Shown one piece after another: positions 1 through 8,379 of a DNA stretch of 43,852 nucleotides. A program made the translations under genes and the position numbers. Under the pieces are notes generated by a model, which did not search any database, was not told the DNA's origin, and worked only from the letters and a program-made list of their open reading frames with translations. How positions within the stretch are numbered: the stretch's first letter is position 1; every line of letters starts with the position of its first letter. Source of the stretch: Cyanobacteria bacterium P01_A01_bin.123 (GTDB lineage Bacteria > Cyanobacteriota > Cyanobacteriia > Phormidesmidales > Phormidesmidaceae); contig JBCBZT010000059.1 of NCBI GenBank assembly GCA_039815185.1, positions 1 through 43,852 of the forward strand. Direction: 5' to 3'.

Positions 1-96
1 CGGCGGGTGTTGATAGTGCGGCCTTCGGCGCTTGGTGATGTTGCGCGGTCGGTGTGTCTCGCGCACAGCATCAAGCGTGTGCAGCCGGGGTGTGTT
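1..96 (+). other. Fragment resembling the N-terminus of a GT9 (heptosyltransferase-like) glycosyltransferase; probable chimeric contig end
   Basis: Frame 1 reads RRVLIVRPSALGDVARSVCLAHSIKRVQPG, matching the GT9 N-terminal motif (R-h-L-I-h-R-x-S-A-L-G-D-V). It then switches abruptly into TPR repeats at 97. Confidence 0.6.
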
Positions 97-438
97 GCCT
101 ACAACAACCGGGGAGTTGCCAAGGGTGCATTAGAAAATTACCAGGGCGCGATCGACGATTACACCAAAGCCATCGAACTCAACCCGGACTATGCTTTTGC
201 CTACAACAACCGGGGAATTGCCAAGCGTGCATTAGGCGATAACCCGGGCGCGATCGACGATTACACCAAAGCCATCGAACTCGACCCGAACTATGCTTTT
301 GCCTACAACAACCGGGGAGTTGCCAAGCGTGCATTAGAAAATTACCAGGGCGCGATCGACGATCACACCAAAGCCATCGAACTCGACCCGAACTATGCTA
401 ATGCCTACAACAACCGGGGAATTGCCAAGCGTGCATTA
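97..438 (+). repeat. Tandem 102-bp near-identical repeats encoding TPR units
   Basis: Units start at 97, 199, 301 and 403, each with GCCTACAACAACCGGGGA. Confidence 0.95.
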
Positions 439-552
439 GACGATAAGGCTGGCGCTATTCAAGATTATCAAAAGGCAGCAGACTTATATGAGCAGCAGGG
501 CAATACTGAACAATATCAAAATGCCTTGAATCAAATTCAGAGTCTTCAATAG
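97..552 (+). CDS. Tetratricopeptide repeat protein, C-terminal part (true start not present)
   Basis: 34-aa TPR units AYNNRGxAKxALxxxxGAIDDYTKAIELxPxYAx, then a capping helix (DYQKAADLYEQQGN); stop TAG at 550-552. Confidence 0.9.
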   Translation, partial: AYNNRGVAKGALENYQGAIDDYTKAIELNPDYAFAYNNRGIAKRALGDNPGAIDDYTKAIELDPNYAFAYNNRGVAKRALENYQGAIDDHTKAIELDPNYANAYNNRGIAKRALDDKAGAIQDYQKAADLYEQQGNTEQYQNALNQIQSLQ

Positions 553-560
553 ATGCAATA

Positions 561-826
561 GATGCAGTTGTTTTTCTGGAGAAAACTCGGTTTGGCGATC
601 GCTACGAGATTCGCGGACAACTCACTGACATCAATGGCACAGTACTATCTGTAGTAACAATATGGATGATTGAGAAGGATAGGAAGATGGCTACAGCCTG
701 GAAATTTTCAACGCTATTGGTGACACCATCGCAGTGGTTACCGTATCTGAACCTCAGATCGAGCCTCTTGCTAACGATGAAGTCTTGCACGTTAGAACGC
801 TGGATGGCGTTGCATCAATAAACTAG
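561..826 (+). pseudogene. Fused remnants of a DUF6883-like gene (561-~680) and a DUF4926-like gene (683-826)
   Basis: 561 frame: DAVVFLEKTRFGDRYEIRGQLTDINGTVLSVVTIWMIE. 683 frame: EDGYSLEIFNAIGDTIAVVTVSEPQIEPLANDEVLHVRTL...*. Both lack start codons. Confidence 0.65.
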
Positions 827-905
827 ATCTTTGTGTTTTTCCCAAGCCTTTGTCAGCGAACTGCCAAACTAAGACTCGCACAATATTCTCTCTAATATTT
901 CATTT

Positions 906-1103
906 TCATTTTTGAACTCTCTGTCGAATTAAATTTTCAATCGCCTCAATCTCAGCTTTTGATTGTGGCGCATCGAAAGTTTCTGGGGAGGCATCGGCAG
1001 TAAAGCGATCAACAAACATGCGGAATGCAGTTTTATCGTCAGGGTGAGCAACGACATAGGCTCTCAGCTCAGATTTCGTTGCATTGTTGAAGTCAGGCTT
1101 CAT
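906..1103 (-). CDS. Small DUF6887-like protein (putative antitoxin-type cyanobacterial protein)
   Basis: MKPDFNNATKSELRAYVVAHPDDKTAFRMFVDR pattern; ATG at 1103 with GGAG upstream. Confidence 0.7.
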   Translation of the reverse strand: MKPDFNNATKSELRAYVVAHPDDKTAFRMFVDRFTADASPETFDAPQSKAEIEAIENLIRQRVQK

Positions 1104-1130
1104 CACAAAAATCTCCAACGCCCATTCTTA

Positions 1131-1279
1131 GGATGCATCCCAATTTTGCAGCTCTCACCCTAAATCCCTCTCCCGCCGGGAGAGGGACTTTGAATCAAGT
1201 TTCCCTTCTCCCCTCGGGAGAAGGGGCTAGGGGATGAGGGGCAAGGCGGAAACGGCAATTACAGAAGTGGGATGCACTA
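1131..1279. mobile_element. 149-bp MITE with 8-bp target-site duplication
   Basis: Imperfect terminal inverted repeats GGATGCATCCCAATTTTGCA / TACAGAAGTGGGATGCACTA. Direct repeat CATTCTTA at 1123-1130 and 1280-1287. Internal palindromes TCCCTCTCCC-GCC-GGGAGAGGGA and CCCTTCTCCC-CTC-GGGAGAAGGG. Confidence 0.85.
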
Positions 1280-1288
1280 CATTCTTAT

Positions 1289-4054
1289 CTAAACCGATCG
1301 CTCCACGAAGATCACGTTTTCAGTCACCTTTTCAAACGTATCATCATGACTGATCACAAACAGTTGCTTAAAGCTCTTAATCCGTGCGATCGCTTCGGCT
1401 AAACTCTCCCGCCGGGGCCGATCCATATTCGTTGTCGGTTCATCAAAAAAGGCAATGTCAATATCAGCTAAAACCTTCAATAACGCCAACCGCACCGCCA
1501 ACGCTGCACACATTTGTTCGCCGCCAGAAAGGTTAATAAACCGACGATTGTGCTGCCCCTCCTGCACCAAAATTTCGTAATCCCGCGTCCACTGCAACGC
1601 CACATTTTGCCGATTTAGCAGTTCACGAAACAGCCGATCCGCCTCCCGCGACACCGTGTGCACATAGCGTTCCGTAATGCGAGGCCCCGCGTCGCGGTAA
1701 ACCTTACGGGCAAAATTGATAAAGCGCTTGACCCGTTCTTTTTGCTTTAGTTCAGCCTGAGCCACAGTCCTCTGGTCGGCGGTTGCCTGCAAACTATCGA
1801 GGCGCTGATCCAGTTCCACAAGGCGCTGACGCTGTTGGGGCAAACTCCCCAGCAGTTGGTCGGCTTGAGATTTAGTTTCGCTGTAGCGGGCTTCAATCGC
1901 TTGCAACTCCTGTGGATCAAAGGCTTCCGTGTGCTGTTCGATCTCTGCTTGCAGCGCTTGTTGTTGGGTGTTGAGGGTATCGAGGGCCGCGATCGCCTCA
2001 GACAGTTCAGCCTCTAACTTGGGGTGCGCTGCAGCCGCCTTTTGGTTTTGCAGCACTTGCAAGTAGCCAGCCTGGTGGGTTTGCTGCTGCTGGCGCTGGT
2101 GGGTGATTTGGGCTTCTAATTCAGCAAAAGGTTCGAGCTGTTGATCAAGGGCCGCGATCGCAGTTTGAATCTCTCCCTGAACCTGTTGCCGTTGGGCATA
2201 TTGGGCTTCTATTGCAGCCTGCTGGTCGAGGCTGCGCTGCAACAGCTGACTGCGTCCCCTCGGATCGTCTAACGTCTGAAGTTTTTGAGTCAGCTCAACC
2301 TGCTGGGCCTTAAGTTGGGCGTCAGCCTGGAGTTGGATAGCCAATGCACTCAGACGCTGGTTTAACTCAGTTTGCTGGTTTTGTAAGGCTTCCTGCTGGC
2401 GCTGTTGCTGATCGAGCGTGGCATATTCGGCTCGGTGACGATAAGCCTTTTCGAGATCCAGACGTAGGCTATGGAGTTGCTGTTTTAGGGCCGCAACAGA
2501 AACCTGACCCGAGAGATCTTCAAGGATTTGGCCGAGGCTAGACAGGGTGGACTGACTCAACTGCACCCCGGTTTCGATCGCGGTACGGACTGACTCCACC
2601 GATGCCGTGGCTAACAGCGGCATTTGAGCTTGCAGCGTTTCCAGATGTTGCAGGGCTTCAGCGGCTTGCTTTTGATAGCGATCGCCATCGGTCTGTCCTT
2701 GTTCCACCAGGGCCATGAGTTCTGCCTGAAACTGTTTAGCCGCATCAACTCGGCTGAGTTGAGCCTGCAAGCGATCGCGGGTTTGTTCTGTCTCAGCGAT
2801 GGCTTCGACAATGGGTTTGAGATTTTTAAGGCGATCGCAGGTTTGCTGGCACTGTTGGATCTCCTGGTTGAGCCGTTGACCCCGCTGTTGCAGGCTGTTG
2901 TGCTCTAGGGTGAGCTGGTGTAGCGCCAGTCCTTGTTGTGCCAACCGCTGTTGTTCCGCTTCCAAGGCAACCTGCTGCTGAATCTTGGGCACGAGCTGGG
3001 CTAACTCAGCTTCCGCCTGTTTGAAACTGTCGCGTTGTAGTGCCAGTCGAGTCAACGCCGTTTGCTGCTGGGCGAGTTGCTGCTCGTGGGTTTGGCGTTG
3101 GGACAAGAGTCGCTGACGCTGCTGTTGTTGGGTTTCTAAGGTTTTTAGCCCAGCCGCCGCTGCTTGATAGGCATCGTAAGCGCTTTGATGGGTCTGGCAT
3201 AGGGCTACAGTGCGGGCAGCCTCTGCTAGGGATTGCTCTAATCGACGGTTCGTTTGCTGTTTGGCTTCGATTTGAGTCGTAATTTGTTGGTGTTGGGTTT
3301 GCAGTTTCCCTAGGGTTTGGGCACGAGCTTGAATCGCATCCCGTTCTTGTTGCAAAGTGGCTAGGGTGGTTTGCCACTGCTGGAGTTGGGCTTCATCGGT
3401 GGCGATCGCCTGGGCTAAGGTCAACCGCTGGGTTTTGAGGTCATCCCACTGAACCAGTATGTCGTCGTATTGCGCAATCCGCTGTTGCAACGACGCCACC
3501 AGACCTTCGGCATACTTACGCAACCCATTGGACTGCTTATACACTTCCCGGTATTCCTCGACTTTTAAGATCGTGTCGAAAATCGGTTTGCGTTTGTCGG
3601 CGCTGAGCAAAAAGTCAGCAGTGAACGTCCCTTGGGGAACACCAATGGTGTTGGCAAACAGTTGCCCCAAATCAGTCCCGGCTGGCACGCCGAGCTGCTG
3701 CCGCAACCACGGCATCACTTCATCTTTGATACGCGTGTAGGGTAAGCGCTGATCCAGCTGCGGATCGTAGAGGGTATAGCCTCGCTGGGTACAGCGCTGC
3801 ACTTCGTAGGTGCGACCATCACGGCTGGAAATAAACGCGACGGTGGCTTGGGCACTGCCGCTACCGTTGCGAATCAGATCTTCTTTGTTGTAGTTGCCCT
3901 GGTAGTTAAACAGCGTCCAGGCGATCGCTTCTAGAATGCTCGTCTTACCCGCCCCATTTTCACCGCAGATAGCGTTGGTGCCCGGTTGAAACTCAAAAAA
4001 GCGATCGCGGTGGGTTTTGAAATTTTTGAGCGTAACTGAAAGAATTTGCACCAT
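1289..4054 (-). CDS. sbcC: SbcC/Rad50-like SMC-family ATPase (nuclease subunit C)
   Basis: N-terminal Walker A GENGAGKTS, long coiled coil, signature LSGGEQ, Walker B FFDEPT, terminal ISH motif. Confidence 0.9.
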   Translation of the reverse strand: MVQILSVTLKNFKTHRDRFFEFQPGTNAICGENGAGKTSILEAIAWTLFNYQGNYNKEDLIRNGSGSAQATVAFISSRDGRTYEVQRCTQRGYTLYDPQLDQRLPYTRIKDEVMPWLRQQLGVPAGTDLGQLFANTIGVPQGTFTADFLLSADKRKPIFDTILKVEEYREVYKQSNGLRKYAEGLVASLQQRIAQYDDILVQWDDLKTQRLTLAQAIATDEAQLQQWQTTLATLQQERDAIQARAQTLGKLQTQHQQITTQIEAKQQTNRRLEQSLAEAARTVALCQTHQSAYDAYQAAAAGLKTLETQQQQRQRLLSQRQTHEQQLAQQQTALTRLALQRDSFKQAEAELAQLVPKIQQQVALEAEQQRLAQQGLALHQLTLEHNSLQQRGQRLNQEIQQCQQTCDRLKNLKPIVEAIAETEQTRDRLQAQLSRVDAAKQFQAELMALVEQGQTDGDRYQKQAAEALQHLETLQAQMPLLATASVESVRTAIETGVQLSQSTLSSLGQILEDLSGQVSVAALKQQLHSLRLDLEKAYRHRAEYATLDQQQRQQEALQNQQTELNQRLSALAIQLQADAQLKAQQVELTQKLQTLDDPRGRSQLLQRSLDQQAAIEAQYAQRQQVQGEIQTAIAALDQQLEPFAELEAQITHQRQQQQTHQAGYLQVLQNQKAAAAHPKLEAELSEAIAALDTLNTQQQALQAEIEQHTEAFDPQELQAIEARYSETKSQADQLLGSLPQQRQRLVELDQRLDSLQATADQRTVAQAELKQKERVKRFINFARKVYRDAGPRITERYVHTVSREADRLFRELLNRQNVALQWTRDYEILVQEGQHNRRFINLSGGEQMCAALAVRLALLKVLADIDIAFFDEPTTNMDRPRRESLAEAIARIKSFKQLFVISHDDTFEKVTENVIFVERSV

Positions 4055-4140
4055 AGGGTGATCTGATGTCCTCGCTTAACAGGAGGCTAGGGTAAGGAGG
4101 CCATTCACTATTATCGTAGGATAGGCCAGCAGCGAGCGCA

Positions 4141-5106
4141 CTAGCTGTGTGTTTTGTTTGGCAAGGTAGAGCGCTGGTAAAGAACAGCGATCGCCACACC
4201 CAGGATTACAATCACACCGCCTAGCAAAACTCCCACAGATGGAATGGTTCTAAACGTCAAATATCCCAAGCCGCTAGCCACAATTGGCTCCATTAAGAGC
4301 ACTGCTGATAAAAGGGTCGGCTTTACCCATTTCATCAACCAATTCAAACAGGTATGTCCCAACATCTGTGTGATCAATGCCATCAGCGCCATCCAGCTAT
4401 AGGCTCGCCAGGTATGGCCTGTGTAATGGGTATGCAATAGCAACGGCGTGGGTATCAAAACCAGTGCCGCAGTGCTATACACCAATACCATGTGGTGTTG
4501 GCTGCTGATCTTAGCTTGCTGGGCAGTATGTCCAAATAGGATGTAGGCTGCAATTGAGAAGGAACCCACCAGCGCTAGCCCGTTGCCAACCGAGACGCTC
4601 GCCCCACCGCCAAGTTGAGGGGATGCTGCGGCACCACTAATCAGAGCTGCGCCAAGGATGGCAATACCAATTCCCCAGAGGGTGAGCGTTGTGGGTTTGT
4701 GGCGTAGCCAGAGCCAAGATACCAGCAACACCCAAAGGGGATTCAGATTCACCAACGTGGTTGATACTGCGATAGAGGTGAAATTAAGGGACGTGATCCA
4801 GGTGGCAAAATAAAGCGCCAGAGCAATGCCTGCTACCAAGGAAGCCCATACGTCACGCCTGCTGTAGTTTGCCTGGCTGAATCCGCGCCAAGCCGGGATG
4901 CAACAGACCATCGCGATCAACATGCGAGATGCAGCCAAAAAGAAACTAAACCCAACTGTAGGGGTCTGGTTGTCGCAAATAGCCAGGCGAATAAAAATGG
5001 CACCCGATGAATAGGCGACGAGTCCAACAGTCAGTACAGATGCAATTTTCCAAACCGATGGTTGCTGGACGCGACAGTTTAACGCGGGTGATAATGCCTT
5101 CGTCAT
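4141..5106 (-). CDS. DMT/EamA family transporter
   Basis: About 10 hydrophobic segments; WITSLNFTSIAVSTTLVNLNP and GHTCLNW...LLMEPIVAS motifs; likely ATG at 5106. Confidence 0.85.
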   Translation of the reverse strand: MTKALSPALNCRVQQPSVWKIASVLTVGLVAYSSGAIFIRLAICDNQTPTVGFSFFLAASRMLIAMVCCIPAWRGFSQANYSRRDVWASLVAGIALALYFATWITSLNFTSIAVSTTLVNLNPLWVLLVSWLWLRHKPTTLTLWGIGIAILGAALISGAAASPQLGGGASVSVGNGLALVGSFSIAAYILFGHTAQQAKISSQHHMVLVYSTAALVLIPTPLLLHTHYTGHTWRAYSWMALMALITQMLGHTCLNWLMKWVKPTLLSAVLLMEPIVASGLGYLTFRTIPSVGVLLGGVIVILGVAIAVLYQRSTLPNKTHS

Positions 5107-5519
5107 AATGTTTCCTAAGAAGCGTTGACGATGAGCAGTCGATTGCATCGACGCGACAAAGTCGCCCCAACCCTAAAAACTGCACACCGCACTTTGGCAC
5201 CAACGGGATAGATGCCCAAGTGCTGAATATGAATCAACATTGCAGCACAGCTAGCGCTGTGCCTCTACAGGAAACGCTTGTCTAATAAAGAGATCTCTAA
5301 TATCTCTGTTTAACTAAAAAGAAAGATGCAAAATTGGGACACAGGGAATCCCCCAAAAACTATATGCCACGATGGAGAGAACAAGTCTCGACGGAGACGA
5401 AATGTAATGTTTTTTACAATTTGGTGCGATCGCGTCAAGCAGCCAAAACGTCAATCACTTCACCTCTGGACAACTATGGCTCGCTCGAGTTCACGAGTAT
5501 CAGGGTTGGTGCGAAGGAG

Positions 5520-5655
5520 GTTTTTAAGGAAACAAATATCAATCCTATTTAGCCTCATTTTACGGCCCTGACTGCCCAAATTGTGGTAAACACTTCGCTC
5601 AGCAAACGCTACCTATTGTGCTGCCTGTGGTTCAAGGGTTAAGCTAACTCCCTAA
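5520..5655 (+). pseudogene. Degraded C-terminal zinc-ribbon gene fragment
   Basis: FKETNINPI* then YGPDCPNCGK / frameshift / LRSANATYCAACGSRVKLTP*; two CxxC pairs split across frames. Confidence 0.55.
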
Positions 5656-5693
5656 GGCTCAATTCAGTCACTCTCATGTCTATGTCCAGCAAC

Positions 5694-6035
5694 TTATGGA
5701 GCAGAACTAATTTCTACAACCATTTCTCCTTCATTCAACTTTTCTAGAGCAACGGGCAAAGTTGCTGTTAGTAGTTGCTGTAAATTCCGATTTGTGACGT
5801 TACCACAAGTGAACCACAAAATTTGAGGCGGTGTTCCTAAGCGACAGACAAGGTCAACGAAGTCACTATCCTTAGTCATCAGGACAGCATTTTCGGTACG
5901 TGCTGCATCAAAGATTTCGATATCTAGAGCATCCCTAAGTCCTAAATCTCTTAGCGCAGAAGCATCTAAGCCAAAGTTGATATGTAGCCAATTGGCTAAT
6001 GTTGGAGGGAGTTGAGCATCAACCCAAACTTTCAT
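5694..6035 (-). CDS. DUF5615 family PIN-like toxin
   Basis: MKVWVDAQLPP...D.EIF..AR....VLMTKDSDF...PPQILW.TCGN motifs; ATGA overlap with the upstream gene. Confidence 0.9.
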   Translation of the reverse strand: MKVWVDAQLPPTLANWLHINFGLDASALRDLGLRDALDIEIFDAARTENAVLMTKDSDFVDLVCRLGTPPQILWFTCGNVTNRNLQQLLTATLPVALEKLNEGEMVVEISSAP

Positions 6036-6265
6036 GCTGTCAATCGAGGAAAGTCAGTGCGTTTTGCTGCAAAGAGAAGACAGGCTTGAATATCAGCTAG
6101 CTCTAGATCTGGGAAATCAGTAAGGAGCTCTGTGATGCTAACGTTCTCAGCTAACATCTCTAAAATGTCAGTCACTCTAATCCGCATGCCTCGGATGCAA
6201 GGACGCCCTCCACACTGACCAGGCGTTTGGGTAATGCGAGTTAACAAGCTAGTTGCTGAGCTCAT
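6032..6265 (-). CDS. DUF433 domain antitoxin
   Basis: RITQTPGQCGGRPCIRGMRIRVTDILEMLA...DFPDLELADIQACLLFA; ATG at 6265. Confidence 0.9.
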   Translation of the reverse strand: MSSATSLLTRITQTPGQCGGRPCIRGMRIRVTDILEMLAENVSITELLTDFPDLELADIQACLLFAAKRTDFPRLTA

Positions 6266-6327
6266 AGATTTTGCGTAAGTTTTGTTATCTAGTCCCATCT
6301 TACAGAGCTAGACTATCAGCAACTGAC

Positions 6328-6415
6328 ACCTAACTTTTCGTTGATGCGGACAGCCTGCAGATCTCGGTTGAGTATTCAAGGACATCTGCTGCTGCACAAC
6401 TCAAAGCCATTATGC
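6328..6415 (+). repeat. Degenerate integron attC-like site
   Basis: ACCTAAC (RYYYAAC)-5 nt-GTTGATGC ... GCAGAT/ATCTGC stem ... GCACAAC-8 nt-ATTATGC (degenerate GTTRRRY). Confidence 0.45.
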
Positions 6416-6605
6416 TGCTGTAAGTGAAGAGACCTTGAGTGCAATCAGATGAACGAAAAATCAAATTGTTGCGATTAACATAGCCTGCATAGACCTATGG
6501 TCTAGATGTAGATTGTATTGAGGCACAGAATCCAACAATGCATTGGATTAAGTTGTCACTTTTCTCCGTGCCATAGGCCATCCCCGAACACAAATTTTCG
6601 CGATA

Positions 6606-8099
6606 TTACAGCTGACCAAATCCCTTCTTTTTCTTCGCTTTCTTTTTCTTTTTGCCACTAGGGCCGCTATAGCCGCGAAATCCGGGTTGAGGGCCACCGC
6701 CCATCCCTAGCATGCCACCGCCCATTCCCGGAAAACCGCCGCCCATCCCTGGGAAGCCACCGCCCATACCGGGCATACCGCCACCCATACCGGGAAAGCC
6801 ACCTTGGCCCATCTGCTGCATCATCGTGCGCATTTTTTGGAAGTCGCTGACCAGCTTGCCCACATCCTTATCTTTGTAGCCCGCTCCCTTAGCAATGCGG
6901 GTGCGGCGACTGGGAGACTTAGAGAGCAGTTCTGGATTTTTGCGCTCCTCTCGGGTCATGGAGTTGATCATCGCTTCACAGCGTTTAAGCTGAGTTTCTC
7001 CTTGCTCTAGCTGTTCGGCGGAAATTTTGCCAGACATGCCCGGAATCAGCTTCATGATGCCGCCCAAGGAGCCCATGTTTTTCATCAACCGGGTTTGCTT
7101 CAAGAAGTCGTCGAAGTCAAAGTTGGCTTCGAGGATCTTGGTTTGCAGCTTTTCGGCATCGGCCAGATCCACCTCTTCTTGGGCTTTTTCCACCAGGGTA
7201 AGCACATCCCCCATGCCCAAAATCCGGGAGGCCATACGTTCTGGGTAGAAGGGTTGCAGCGCTTCAACCTTTTCTCCTACCCCAATAAATTTGATCGGCT
7301 GACCTGAGATACGGCGCACCGACAGGGCCGCCCCGCCCCGCGAGTCACCGTCCATCTTGGTCAAAATCGCGCCCGTAATTCCGATCTGCTCGTGGAAGGT
7401 GCGGGTCAGGTTGGCAGCTTCTTGACCTGTCATGGCGTCAACCACCAGCAGCACCTCGTGGGGCTGCACCTGATCTTTAATTTGGGCCAGTTCGCCCATC
7501 ATCGCCTGATCAATTTGTAGGCGACCTGCCGTGTCAATGATCACCGTGTCAACACCGTCGGCTCGGGCCTGGGCAACCCCTTGCTTGGCAATTTCTACTG
7601 GGTTGGCATCGCTGCCCAGTTCAAACACGGGCACGTCGATCTGTTTACCCAGGGTGATCAGCTGATCAATCGCCGCCGGACGATACACGTCAGTTGCCAC
7701 TAATAGAGCGCTGCGGTCTTGCTTGCGCAGATGCAGGGCCAATTTAGCGGTGGCGGTGGTTTTACCCGTCCCCTGCAACCCAGCCATTAAAACGATAGTG
7801 GGGGCTTGATCGGCTTTAGCCAGGGGCTGGTTGGTTTCACCCATGACGCTGATCAGTTCATCGTTAACGATTTTGATGAATTGCTGATCGGGGCGAACGC
7901 CGCTGACAACTTCGGCCCCAACGGCCTTGGTTTGGACTTCAGCGACAAATTCTTTTACCACTTGCAGGTTGACGTCCGCTTCGAGCAGGGCACGCCGTAC
8001 CTCTTTTAGGGCCTCCTGGACATTGGCTTCAGAAATTTTGTCCTGGCCACGGAGCTTTTTCCAAGCGCCTTCTAAACGGTCTGCAAGGGCGTCAAACAT
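6606..8099 (-). CDS. ffh: Signal recognition particle protein Ffh
   Basis: MFDALADRL N domain, GLQGTGKTT, DTAGRL, TKMDGDSRGGAALS and M domain with Gly/Met-rich tail. Confidence 0.98.
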   Translation of the reverse strand: MFDALADRLEGAWKKLRGQDKISEANVQEALKEVRRALLEADVNLQVVKEFVAEVQTKAVGAEVVSGVRPDQQFIKIVNDELISVMGETNQPLAKADQAPTIVLMAGLQGTGKTTATAKLALHLRKQDRSALLVATDVYRPAAIDQLITLGKQIDVPVFELGSDANPVEIAKQGVAQARADGVDTVIIDTAGRLQIDQAMMGELAQIKDQVQPHEVLLVVDAMTGQEAANLTRTFHEQIGITGAILTKMDGDSRGGAALSVRRISGQPIKFIGVGEKVEALQPFYPERMASRILGMGDVLTLVEKAQEEVDLADAEKLQTKILEANFDFDDFLKQTRLMKNMGSLGGIMKLIPGMSGKISAEQLEQGETQLKRCEAMINSMTREERKNPELLSKSPSRRTRIAKGAGYKDKDVGKLVSDFQKMRTMMQQMGQGGFPGMGGGMPGMGGGFPGMGGGFPGMGGGMLGMGGGPQPGFRGYSGPSGKKKKKAKKKKGFGQL

Positions 8100-8379
8100 A
8101 GATCAAGGGAGATTGCGTTAAAGATTTGGATTAGATCACAGCAGCTGTTAGCACACTGTGATAATTGTGAAAGCTAAGCGTGGTCATGGGGGCTCAGACC
8201 CCCCACGGCTAATCTCAGCCTAGTTTGCCTAAACTCAGTTCAGCTTAAAGACCGGCACTTTTGCTATACGAGTACTCGTCATGGCAAAAGTGAGCGGCCT
8301 GACACTGGGTCAGGTTGACTCACACGGTTTATCTATTCTAGATGCTTTGGCTAAGGAGCTAAACCCTTTTATCCCCTGA

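Noticed and set aside
97..438. TPR repeats as a diversity-generating retroelement TR/VR pair or a CRISPR array
   Set aside because: Units are contiguous, in frame and have no spacers. Differences include G/C and T/C changes rather than adenine-only changes, and no reverse transcriptase or cas gene is in the window.
1289..4054. SMC-like ATPase as a defence system (Wadjet/Lamassu)
   Set aside because: No partner or effector genes nearby; a stand-alone sbcC is ordinary in cyanobacteria.
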